56,038 nucleotides of DNA from Cyclobacteriaceae bacterium. Lineage in GTDB: Bacteria > Bacteroidota > Bacteroidia > Cytophagales > Cyclobacteriaceae. The notes beneath the pieces are model-generated. The model was given only the letters and a program-made list of their open reading frames with translations, made no database searches and was not told the DNA's origin. The position numbers and the translations under genes were made by a program. The stretch covers positions 1-56,038 of the forward strand of contig JBGATZ010000001.1 in the NCBI GenBank assembly GCA_044228905.1. The letters run 5' to 3'. Positions 10,097 through 18,459 of this stretch are shown here, in pieces (positions within the stretch are counted from its first letter, which is position 1; each line of letters begins with the position of its first letter).

Positions 10097-10839
10097 AACT
10101 GGAGATTGTTGTTTATAATATTGAGTCAGCATTAAGGGCTCAACAAGGTGGTGCCGATCGCATTGAGTTATGCGATAATCCGGGTGAAGGCGGAACAACT
10201 CCTTCGTATGGAACGATTGAAGCCGTGCGTCAAAACGTAAGCATGGATATTTTTGTGATGATTCGCCCACGGGGAGGAGATTTTCATTACAACAACTATG
10301 AGTTTCATTCCATGAAAAGAGACATCATGCAATGTCAGAAGATCAGCGTGGACGGTTTAGTATTTGGGATCTTAAATGCAGATGGAACACTCGATAAGAA
10401 GCGTTGCAAGGAATTGATTGACAAAGCCCGACCACTCAAAGTAACCTGTCATCGTGCGTTTGATATGACCCGTGATCCGTTTGAAGCCTTGGAAGACTGT
10501 ATCGAGGTGGGATTCGATCGCATTCTTACAGCCGGTCAGCAAGCGGTAGCCTCAAAAGGAGCGGGATTGATTGGTGAATTAATAAAAAGAGCGAATGGTC
10601 GCATTGCCATCATGCCAGGTTCTGGTGTGAATGAGAATACGGTAGAAGATATCCTCAGAAAATCCAAAGCAAAAGAAATTCATTTCTCAGCGACAGCTTT
10701 CAAGGACAGCGAAATGAAATACAAGAATCCACAGATCGCAGGGATGGGCTCTGAAGAAGGATCTGAATTTAAATTACGTACGGTTGATCCTGAGCGTGTG
10801 AAGAAAATGCGCGTGTTGGCTGAAGCCGTCAACGCATAA
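10093..10839 (+). CDS. cutC: CutC-family TIM-barrel protein
   Basis: GGADRIELC, GGTTPS, MIRPRGGDF, HRAFD, RILT and IMPGSG motifs. GTGA overlap with the upstream gene. Confidence 0.92.
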   Translation: MKLEIVVYNIESALRAQQGGADRIELCDNPGEGGTTPSYGTIEAVRQNVSMDIFVMIRPRGGDFHYNNYEFHSMKRDIMQCQKISVDGLVFGILNADGTLDKKRCKELIDKARPLKVTCHRAFDMTRDPFEALEDCIEVGFDRILTAGQQAVASKGAGLIGELIKRANGRIAIMPGSGVNENTVEDILRKSKAKEIHFSATAFKDSEMKYKNPQIAGMGSEEGSEFKLRTVDPERVKKMRVLAEAVNA

Positions 10840-10850
10840 AAGCATAAAAA

Positions 10851-10882
10851 ATCCCGTAATAACTTTTCAGCTATTACGGGAT
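10851..10882. terminator. probable bidirectional terminator between convergent genes
   Basis: ATCCCGTAATA-loop-TATTACGGGAT 11-bp perfect stem preceded by an A tract. Confidence 0.6.
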
Positions 10883-10905
10883 CACCCACCACTCATACCC
10901 AATTA

Positions 10906-13826
10906 CTATTTTTCTCTCTTGCCGTTGATCGGGAATGTTCCGAACTGACCTACGCTGGTCGTTCCGTTCAACTCATCTCCTGTAATCGTTCCTTTAATTG
11001 AAACCGGCATTGTATTGCCATTGAAGCTTACTTCATAACCAATCGTAATTTCATTTCCATTCACTTCAATCTTTGAAAGTGGAGTTTCTCTGTTGTTACG
11101 ATTGTTGGTAATGGTGCCGGTGTATTTATCTCCTTCTTTTTTGATCACAATTTTTCCTGCTCCCGCCTGAGGAGAATCAATCGTGTAAGCCCATGAACCT
11201 TCTGCATTTACTACTGCTTTTGGATCAGCTGCAGCTTGTTTCAGATTTGGAGTTGCTTGTTGTTGACGACCACCACCTTGCTGGCCCATGCCACGTTGAC
11301 CACCACCTTGTTGTTGTCCGCCACCATTGTCCATACCGCCACCGCCTCCATCACCTTCGCCTTTAAGGTCATCATTGTTTACGGATTTCTTTCTCTTAGG
11401 CTGATCGAAGCTCATCTTACCAATGCGATAGCTGAACGTTACTTTGAAGCTGAGGTTGTTCATCACGTTCACACTGTTGGTCATGATCGTAGGCGTGGTT
11501 GTTTCACTCTTCACTTTCCAGCCATTGAAATTCAGGAAGTTCTCTACACCTGCACCAATACTTCCTTTCTTATTAGCAAAGTCTCTCTTTAAGCTTAAGC
11601 TGTACATCGCAAAGCCACCACGGAATCCCTGCAACTGCACATCTCTTCCACGATAGAATCCAAAGAACTGGAACCCATAAAGCGGAGCGAAGTTGTAGTT
11701 ACCAAACATCCGCACGTTATAAACGAAGCCCTCATTCTTAGCTGAATACTCAGGATTGGGATTGTTGTTATTCAATACAGCGTAATACACATCTGTACCT
11801 CCGTTCAATGAGAATTTGTTGGAGAACGCAATGTTCGCGAATACGCTTGCTCCGTAAGCATTCTCCTTACCGATATTGAAATACTGAGTGCGTGATACGC
11901 CACTTACTCCGTTAAATGTAGTAGTGTCTCTTACTCCCTGAATCGCATCCGTTGTATTGCGAACGAAAGTAGAGAAGTTCAAAGAGGTAGATTTGATCAT
12001 CGTGCTGTATGACAACTCATAGTTATTGGTGTACTCAGGAGTCAGTGAAGGATTTCCTACAGTAATTACCAATGGATTGGATGCCTGTACGTTTGGATTC
12101 AGGTATTGCAATGACGGACGCTGAATCCTTCTGTTATAGGCGATCTTTACCGTGTTTCCATTAGCCAGCTTCTTTGAAAGATTGATGCTTGGTACCAGTA
12201 CACCGTATGATGGAATTTTTACTTCTTCCTCATTGGCATAATGCGCATTGATCGTAGTGTACTCATAACGGCTACCTGCTTTCAGACTCACTGATTTAGG
12301 TAAGGAGAAAGTAAAAGCAGCATAACCTGCTGTTACATTTTGGGTATAATCAAAGTCGTTGCTCAAACTGGCGAGTGGTGACTGCTGAAACTCACCTCCG
12401 TTAGATGCATAGAGGTAGCTATACTTGCTGGAAACAGATCTCGAAATATTTTTCGCGCCAAACTCAAGAATATGTTTCTTAGCCAACGGTGTCTGGTAGT
12501 CCATCTGAATGGTCATCTCCTGGTTGAAGCTCTTGTTGTCATTTTTAACCAGACTGTCTACCAGTTGCATTGTTCACCATCGAAACATCATTGAAAATTG
12601 TTGATCCGGTTATTGCGGTTATATGACCCCATGATGCTGAATTCCTTTCCAGCTGTTTCGAAAGTGCGTAAATAAGTTAAACTGGCATCTACACTTTCTG
12701 AATTATCCTTTGAGTCAACATTTCTTAAGCTGTTGCTGAAAAGCCCTGTAGGAAATAATGTTTGGGTCTGAAGATCATTCTGAAAATTTCTTCCGTTACG
12801 TGCACCTAATCTTACAGAAGCAGACAATGAATTGTATTTATTCATGTCATAGTCCCATCCTAAATTATAGTTGCCAAACAAGCCGCGATTGAGTGTACTC
12901 GCATTCTGTGTAGTAGTCACCGCGTTTTCAGCATTCTGATATCCGGTCACCTGTGTGTTGTTAAACTTACCCGTCACATTATAATTACTTCTTCCAAATC
13001 CTCCTAAAGAGAATCCCATTTTACCTGTGCGAAGGCTTCCGTTCAAGCCGAGATTAGAACCACGGAATCCTGCGGAACCATCTACACCCAAAGAAAACCC
13101 ACTGATATTACTCTTCTTGGTAATGATATTGATGATACCAGCAGAACCTTCAGCATCGTACTTCGCAGAGGGAGAAGTGATCACTTCTACACTTTTGATT
13201 TCATCAGCCGGGATCTGTTTTAATGCATCGGAAACACTTGCCGCTGCAATAGATGACGGTTTGCCATTGATCAATACTCTGATGTTTGAGTTTCCCCGCA
13301 TCGATACGTTTCCATCCATATCCACTGTGAGCATAGGTACTCTTCGTAAAACATCTGTACCATCACCCCCTTTGGTAGTTGCATCATTCTCTGCATTGTA
13401 GATCATGCGGTCTACTTTTTCTTCAACTAATGTGCGTTGCCCTTCCACTACCACTTCGGCCAGTTGCTTGGCTTCAGTGGCGATCTTTTGAGTTCCCAGG
13501 TCGATATTCGATTTATTCTCTATCGTAATGTCGTTGATCACCAGGTTTTCATAACCGATGAAAGAGATCACGATCCGGTATTTACCTTCCGCAACTTTAG
13601 CGAGTGTGAACTTTCCTTTTTCGTCTGCCACTGTTCCATTTACTGGTTTGTGAGTTACGGCATCTTCCAGTGCTACTGTTGCAAATTCCACCGGCTTTTG
13701 GTTAGCGTTATCCACCACTACACCTGATATTTTTCCATTGCCGTTTTGAGACTGAGCCATCGTCAGCGAGCTGCTAAGCAGGACCATTACGAACAACAGT
13801 AAATTTCTTGTCATCTTTTTCATCAT
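10906..13826 (-). pseudogene. TonB-dependent receptor-like outer-membrane beta-barrel protein, split near 12570-12590 (probably one gene)
   Basis: 12588..13826 has a signal peptide, carboxypeptidase-regulatory-like domain and plug (VEVITSPSAKYDAEG..GIINI). 10906..12570 continues the barrel (YNRRIQRP, GNPSL.PE). The fragments are 17 bp apart and in different frames. Confidence 0.8.
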
Positions 13827-14095
13827 TAACTCGTAATTATTGCGCTATAGAACCTTGGTTTTATCGATTCTAACTGCAAAACAACAATTTGGTTACCACT
13901 TTACGGGTACTATTATACCATCGGCATTTTCTCTTCGATAGTCAGGCTGATTAATCGACCGATCCGAAGACCGATCGGACCTACTGATTGATCGGACGGA
14001 TCGGGAGATCGGTCTAAAAGGGAGATGAAAGGGTAAGGGTATAGGCGCTATCCATTACTTTTATACGTAATTGTTAAAAAGTTATTAACAGAACG

Positions 14096-15133
14096 ATGAA
14101 CACCTTTCTTAGTAGAAACCGGGTAGTACTTCTCCACATTTCATTCTGGTGGGTGTACCTGTCTTTCTTTGTATATCAGATCAGCACTTTTCGCAGAAAG
14201 GAATTCGAGCTGGATCAGGCACTTCTTCATGCAGGCGTACAAGTGGCTTTTAATATGCTGGTCTCTTATCTCAATTACTTCATTTTTCTACCTCGTTTCC
14301 TGGAAAAGAAAAAGCTAGGTCGCTACCTGCTGGAGTTCACCATTCCGTTCATCATCCTGTTGTGGTTACGGGTGCAATTGCAGCGTTACATTGTGGATGG
14401 ATACACTCATCACGAACACTATTTCTATAGCTCTACCTATATTATACAAACAGCCGGAACAACCTTATTCATCGTAATCTTTGTGGCCATGCTACGTTTT
14501 GCGAAAGACTGGTTTGAACTCGAAGCGAAGAAGAAAGAACTGGAGAATGAACGTTTAAGTGCTGAGCTGACATTTCTAAAAGCACAGATCAACCCACATT
14601 TCCTGTTCAACACACTGAATAATCTGTATTACCTGGCTTATTCCAAATCGGAAAATACGACAGAGGTTATTGCGAAGCTTTCGCAGATGATGCGCTACAT
14701 GATTCATGAATCGAATTATCCGCAGGTAATGCTTACCCAGGAGATTGACTACATGCAAAGCTACATTAGCCTGGAACGATTGAGATTGAACAATCAGATA
14801 CCCATTCAATTCAATATCGAAGGAAACACGGAGAGTGCGAAAATTGCTCCTTTGATTCTGATTACGTTTCTCGAGAATGCTTTCAAGCACGGAGTGAATG
14901 GAAATGACCCCAGCGCATATGTTAAGTTGTTATTGAAAGTACAGGGTAAAGAGTGTTTATTTCGGGTAGAAAACAGCAAAGTCAAAGTGGTAAGCTCAGA
15001 GGCTGGAAAGTCAGGTATCGGATTGCAAAATGTAAAGCGTAGATTAGAGTTAAGTTATCCGGGCAGATACGAACTATCTGTCTCCGATAAACCGGAAAAT
15101 TATACTGTTGAATTGAAACTGACCTTATCTTGA
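14096..15133 (+). CDS. LytS/YehU-type sensor histidine kinase
   Basis: Four N-terminal TM helices; AEL..LKAQINPHFLFNTLNN H-box, ENAFKHG and GIGLQNV motifs. Confidence 0.92.
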   Translation: MNTFLSRNRVVLLHISFWWVYLSFFVYQISTFRRKEFELDQALLHAGVQVAFNMLVSYLNYFIFLPRFLEKKKLGRYLLEFTIPFIILLWLRVQLQRYIVDGYTHHEHYFYSSTYIIQTAGTTLFIVIFVAMLRFAKDWFELEAKKKELENERLSAELTFLKAQINPHFLFNTLNNLYYLAYSKSENTTEVIAKLSQMMRYMIHESNYPQVMLTQEIDYMQSYISLERLRLNNQIPIQFNIEGNTESAKIAPLILITFLENAFKHGVNGNDPSAYVKLLLKVQGKECLFRVENSKVKVVSSEAGKSGIGLQNVKRRLELSYPGRYELSVSDKPENYTVELKLTLS

Positions 15134-15852
15134 AGATTACCTGCCTTATCGTAGAAGATGAACCACTGGCTCGCAACTTGCTTACCGATTATGTAAGCAA
15201 AGTTCCGTACCTGAGTTTGATCAAAGCGTGCACAGGTCCATTGGAAGCAATGGAAGAGCTGAGAAAAAATCCGATAGACTTACTTTTTCTTGATGTGCAA
15301 ATGCCCGAGCTAACCGGAATTTCTTTTCTGAAGAGTCTCCAGAAGAAACCATTTGTGATTTTGACGACAGCTTATTCACAATACGCATTGGAAGGTTATG
15401 AACTGGATGTAACAGACTACTTATTAAAGCCAATTACCTTTGAGCGCTTTCTTAAAGCAGTGGATAAGGTAAGTCAGCGAATGTCTGGTTCAACAACGCC
15501 AACAACTGAGAAGACGATCACTGAAGCGGTTCCTTCTTATATTTTTGTCAAGGACGGAACGAAGCTGGTGAAGATTCGCTGGGATGATATTTTATATGTG
15601 GAGGGACTGAAGGATTATGTGACCATTCATACGCGCCAGCAAAAAGTAATCAGTCTTCAGCGTATGAAAACGATGGAAGAAGAATTACCGAATGATAAAT
15701 TCATCCGGATTCATAACTCTTTTATTGTGGCCATAGATGCCATTGATTCTGTGCATAAGGACAAAGTACAAATCGGGCAGGCATTTATTCCTATTGGCGA
15801 CACCTACAAAAAAGCCTTCCGCGATCTGATTGAAGGGAAGCAGATCGGGTAA
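15130..15852 (+). CDS. LytTR-family response regulator
   Basis: Receiver domain (EDE, LDVQMP, TTAY, YLLKP) plus LytTR domain (FIRIHNSFIV). Overlaps the kinase stop. Confidence 0.92.
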   Translation: MKITCLIVEDEPLARNLLTDYVSKVPYLSLIKACTGPLEAMEELRKNPIDLLFLDVQMPELTGISFLKSLQKKPFVILTTAYSQYALEGYELDVTDYLLKPITFERFLKAVDKVSQRMSGSTTPTTEKTITEAVPSYIFVKDGTKLVKIRWDDILYVEGLKDYVTIHTRQQKVISLQRMKTMEEELPNDKFIRIHNSFIVAIDAIDSVHKDKVQIGQAFIPIGDTYKKAFRDLIEGKQIG

Positions 15853-15859
15853 ATCGATT

Positions 15860-15890
15860 TTTGCACCGTTACTTAATTCAAATATATTTG
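15860..15890 (+). promoter_or_regulatory. Bacteroidota primary-sigma promoter of the tRNA
   Basis: TTTG (15860-63), a 19-nt spacer, then TATATTTG (15883-90), matching the -33/-7 TTTG..TAnnTTTG consensus. Confidence 0.65.
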
Positions 15891-15899
15891 CAACCTTCC

Positions 15900-15973
15900 G
15901 GGGGATTAGCTCAGCTGGCTAGAGCGCTTCCATGGCATGGAAGAGGTCATCGGTTCGAATCCGATATTCTCCA
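15900..15973 (+). tRNA. tRNA-Ala (GGC)
   Basis: Acceptor stem GGGGGAT/ATTCTCC with the G3:U70 Ala identity pair; D arm GCTC..GAGC; anticodon stem CTTCC/GGAAG around loop ATGGCAT; GTTCGAATC T loop. CCA is not encoded. Confidence 0.96.
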
Positions 15974-15974
15974 C

Positions 15975-16008
15975 AAAAAAGTCCGCATCAATGGCGGACT
16001 TTTTATTT
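15975..16008. terminator. intrinsic terminator after the tRNA (bidirectional)
   Basis: AAAAAAGTCCGC-atcaatg-GCGGACTTTTT. Confidence 0.75.
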
Positions 16009-16039
16009 CAACTTAGGTTTAGGTTTAAAAAAAATATCA

Positions 16040-16246
16040 CTAAAATTCCTCTTTATAGTTCTCTACAATCTTCAACCGAAGGTAACTGATCTTCTCTTTT
16101 AAATTCTGGTTGCTTCTTCGAGCTGCTTCCAGATGGCCTTGCACTTTCTTCACGGTCGCTTTCTTTTTTGTCAGCTTTTCCTTCAAATCAAGAATTTGTC
16201 CAACGAGATAGTCTTTGTCCTTTTCATTTAGGTTTAGAATATCCAT
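16040..16246 (-). CDS. small basic coiled-coil hypothetical protein (68 aa)
   Basis: ATG 14 bp after the ATP-grasp stop, Leu/Ile heptad pattern, ends just before the terminator. Confidence 0.6.
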   Translation of the reverse strand: MDILNLNEKDKDYLVGQILDLKEKLTKKKATVKKVQGHLEAARRSNQNLKEKISYLRLKIVENYKEEF

Positions 16247-16260
16247 AATTCAAAACAGGT

Positions 16261-17250
16261 TTAAATAACAGCTACTTCGAATTCTTCCGGTTGATATTTC
16301 CTTTTCAGACGTTGCTCAATGTAATCAACCAGTGTGTGATAAGGATTAAACCCAACTACTGTTTCTGCGTCTGTTACAAAATTGGATAACGCATTAATAT
16401 CATAAAAGTAGGGTTTGTTGTCTCTTGCATCCACGATGTATTCTACACCACCTACATCGATTTGTGCTGCTTTCACAATCTGTTCCACGGCTGAGATTAT
16501 TTCCTGTGAAGGAAGAAAATCTTCCACGTGAATGGAGCTCTTCGGAGATTCATCGAGGCAGTTCTGTGCATTGATCTCTGGCGTAGAGCACAATTCGGCA
16601 GGGCAGTTCTTAAAGCTAAAATCATTCAAGTGAACTTTAATGGCATAAAGAAATTTGCCATTGAGCGTTTCTACACGCACTATATGGTTGTCTTTGGCAG
16701 GAATGAATTCCTGGATCAATGCGGTATGATCGATCCCAAGGTTGATCTGTTCATAGTTGATTGCACGATTCAACTCTTCAACGGTATTGAACTTGACAAT
16801 GCCTGCTCCGCTGCCACCAATGTTTACTTTGAGAACAACAGGAAACTTCAATGACAAAGCCGCAGGAATAATCTGCGTGACGTGATTCACAATCCGCGTT
16901 TTTGGGAAGGGAAGACCTAAGTCTGCCAATAAAGAAAGTTGTTTTGACTTCGAGCTTTCAATGCTTTGAGCGGTTGGGCCATTTACAACAGGTACCCCTA
17001 ATCGGGAAAGGTGATTGAGGTAATTGGTTGTATGGAAAATGCCCTGACCGTTACCACGAGTATATGCCGAGGAACTCATGCGATTGATCAACAGGCTAAA
17101 AGGCACTTCTGTTTCAGAAGGATTGTATTGATGCTGCGCGGCATGAACACGGATGAATGGAATGCGTCTTCGTTCCAATTCGAGGAACAATGGCTTGAAC
17201 CAGGTGGAGTGTTCGTAAAAAATGCCTATGGGTTTTCTATGATTATTCAT
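16261..17250 (-). CDS. ATP-grasp ligase (RimK / glutathione synthetase-like superfamily)
   Basis: NRMSSSA, SSKSKQ, FPVVLK..GGSGAGI, LIQEFIP, GGVEY and YDINALSNF motifs. Likely start ATG 17250 (MNNHRKPIGIFYEH). Confidence 0.85.
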   Translation of the reverse strand: MNNHRKPIGIFYEHSTWFKPLFLELERRRIPFIRVHAAQHQYNPSETEVPFSLLINRMSSSAYTRGNGQGIFHTTNYLNHLSRLGVPVVNGPTAQSIESSKSKQLSLLADLGLPFPKTRIVNHVTQIIPAALSLKFPVVLKVNIGGSGAGIVKFNTVEELNRAINYEQINLGIDHTALIQEFIPAKDNHIVRVETLNGKFLYAIKVHLNDFSFKNCPAELCSTPEINAQNCLDESPKSSIHVEDFLPSQEIISAVEQIVKAAQIDVGGVEYIVDARDNKPYFYDINALSNFVTDAETVVGFNPYHTLVDYIEQRLKRKYQPEEFEVAVI

Positions 17251-17292
17251 GTGAGTACAATTTGAAGTGATGATGCTTATTGATTTATCCGG

Positions 17293-17346
17293 TGTCAAGG
17301 CTGAGTCTGCCTGTCGGCAGACAGGTTTATCGAAGCCAACGTGACA
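17293..17346. repeat. degenerate REP copy containing an inserted second palindrome
   Basis: TGTCAAGGCTGAGT[CTGCCTGTCGGCAGACAGG]TTTATCGAAGCC..TGACA. Confidence 0.6.
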
Positions 17347-17412
17347 GGAAAATGAAAGGGGAGGAGTCGCTTCGCTTTCCAGAGAGAAGAGCCCTCACCC
17401 TTATACACCAAA

Positions 17413-18027
17413 CTAAACTCCACTCTGGATATGAGCTACCAGGTTGAGATCCAACTCAAAGTCATCATCGATCACTTTGTCGCCCAGGTTTTCAAAGAAG
17501 CTGGACGAATTATATTTAATGTTGTACTTCGAACGATCAACAATAATCTTCGCATTAGCATTGAGTTTCTTTCCATCATTTTTTATGACTGCGGGAAACT
17601 CAACATCATTGGTAATTCCTTTGATCGTCAGTTTCCCTTTTACTAAATAATCATCACCTGATTTCGGTGTGATGGAAGAAACCACAAAGGATGCCTTCGG
17701 AAACTTATCCACGCCAAAGAAGTCATCGTTCTTTAAATGACCAACCAGCTTTGCATTGTAATTCGGATCGGTCACATCCGTATTAGTGATAGTTGTCAAA
17801 TCAATTTCGAAGTTCCCTTGCTTTACTGTCTTTCCTTCTGTAGTTAATTCTCCCGATGATAGCTGTACGTTACCTGTATGCTGACCGGTAAACTTCTTGC
17901 CTGTCCATACTAAAGTGCTGGCCTTAGTATCTACTTTGAATTTGGTAGCAGGCGGATTTGCAACTGCGAATAAGCTGGTAACTAAAAGAAGTACTGTAGC
18001 GATATTTAAAACTGGTTTTGTTTTCAT
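17413..18027 (-). CDS. YceI-family periplasmic lipid/isoprenoid-binding protein
   Basis: Signal peptide; STLVWTGKK..HTG, L.GHLKNDDFF.V.KFP, GKLTIKGIT and DRSKY.I.Y motifs. Confidence 0.92.
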   Translation of the reverse strand: MKTKPVLNIATVLLLVTSLFAVANPPATKFKVDTKASTLVWTGKKFTGQHTGNVQLSSGELTTEGKTVKQGNFEIDLTTITNTDVTDPNYNAKLVGHLKNDDFFGVDKFPKASFVVSSITPKSGDDYLVKGKLTIKGITNDVEFPAVIKNDGKKLNANAKIIVDRSKYNIKYNSSSFFENLGDKVIDDDFELDLNLVAHIQSGV

Positions 18028-18127
18028 GATATATAGTATTTTGAGTGATTGAATGAGATAGATTGAAATAGAAATGAATAACCACTTCCTGGAAGAGGAT
18101 AATTCTTTTAGTAAGAGATGATGTGCT

Positions 18128-18220
18128 TTAGCAGCAACACTGTTGGCTCTTGGGCCTGAAGTGAATGAGCAAACCTTTGAAGGCTTGTGTTGCTGAGTTG
18201 GAGTGACTGTTCTTTTTCAT
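18128..18220 (-). CDS. 30-aa leader/small peptide ending in CCC (MKKNSHSNSATQAFKGLLIHFRPKSQQCCC)
   Basis: Read by hand. ATG at 18220 lies 8 nt after the riboswitch, and the ORF ends CAA CAG TGT TGC TGC TAA. It is below the ORF-track length cutoff. Confidence 0.6.
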   Translation of the reverse strand: MKKNSHSNSATQAFKGLLIHFRPKSQQCCC

Positions 18221-18228
18221 GTTACAAT

Positions 18229-18337
18229 TTATTTACCCTGTTTTGTCTGGGCAGGATGTAGCACTTATTCGAAGTCTTACGACTTTCAAAAGTTGCTAGG
18301 GGTTCTCCGAGCCTGTTCTCTCCCCCCTTCTTTATAA
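18229..18337 (-). promoter_or_regulatory. SAM-I-family (SAM-I or SAM-I/IV variant) riboswitch
   Basis: The minus strand reads TTATAAAGAAGGGGGGAGAGAACAGGCTCGGAGAACCCCTAGCAAC...AAGTGCTACATCCTGCCC...GGGTAAATAA. This includes the P1 TTAT../..ATAA, the J1/2 AGA, P2 GGGG/CCCC with GAG/CTC, the TAGCAAC/GTGCTA P3 core and the ACAGG/CCTG pseudoknot pair. Confidence 0.85.
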
Positions 18338-18379
18338 ATATGATGTAAATGTATATGCAAGGATTGAATTAAACAATAA

Positions 18380-18400
18380 AGTCTATAGAATTTATAGACT
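18380..18400. promoter_or_regulatory. palindromic operator (Rrf2/CymR/IscR-like, inferred)
   Basis: AGTCTATA-gaatt-TATAGACT, a perfect 8-5-8 palindrome just upstream of the putative promoter of the riboswitch transcript. Confidence 0.6.
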
Positions 18401-18459
18401 AATTATTTGAATTAATTACAACTTGCTGTAAATGAGCGAAATAATTTTCGTTTAAAAGA

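Noticed and set aside
16261-18220. Classical graspetide (microviridin-type) RiPP cluster
   Set aside because: The 30-aa peptide has no Asp/Glu acceptors or repeated core motif, so only non-classical roles are kept as hypotheses.
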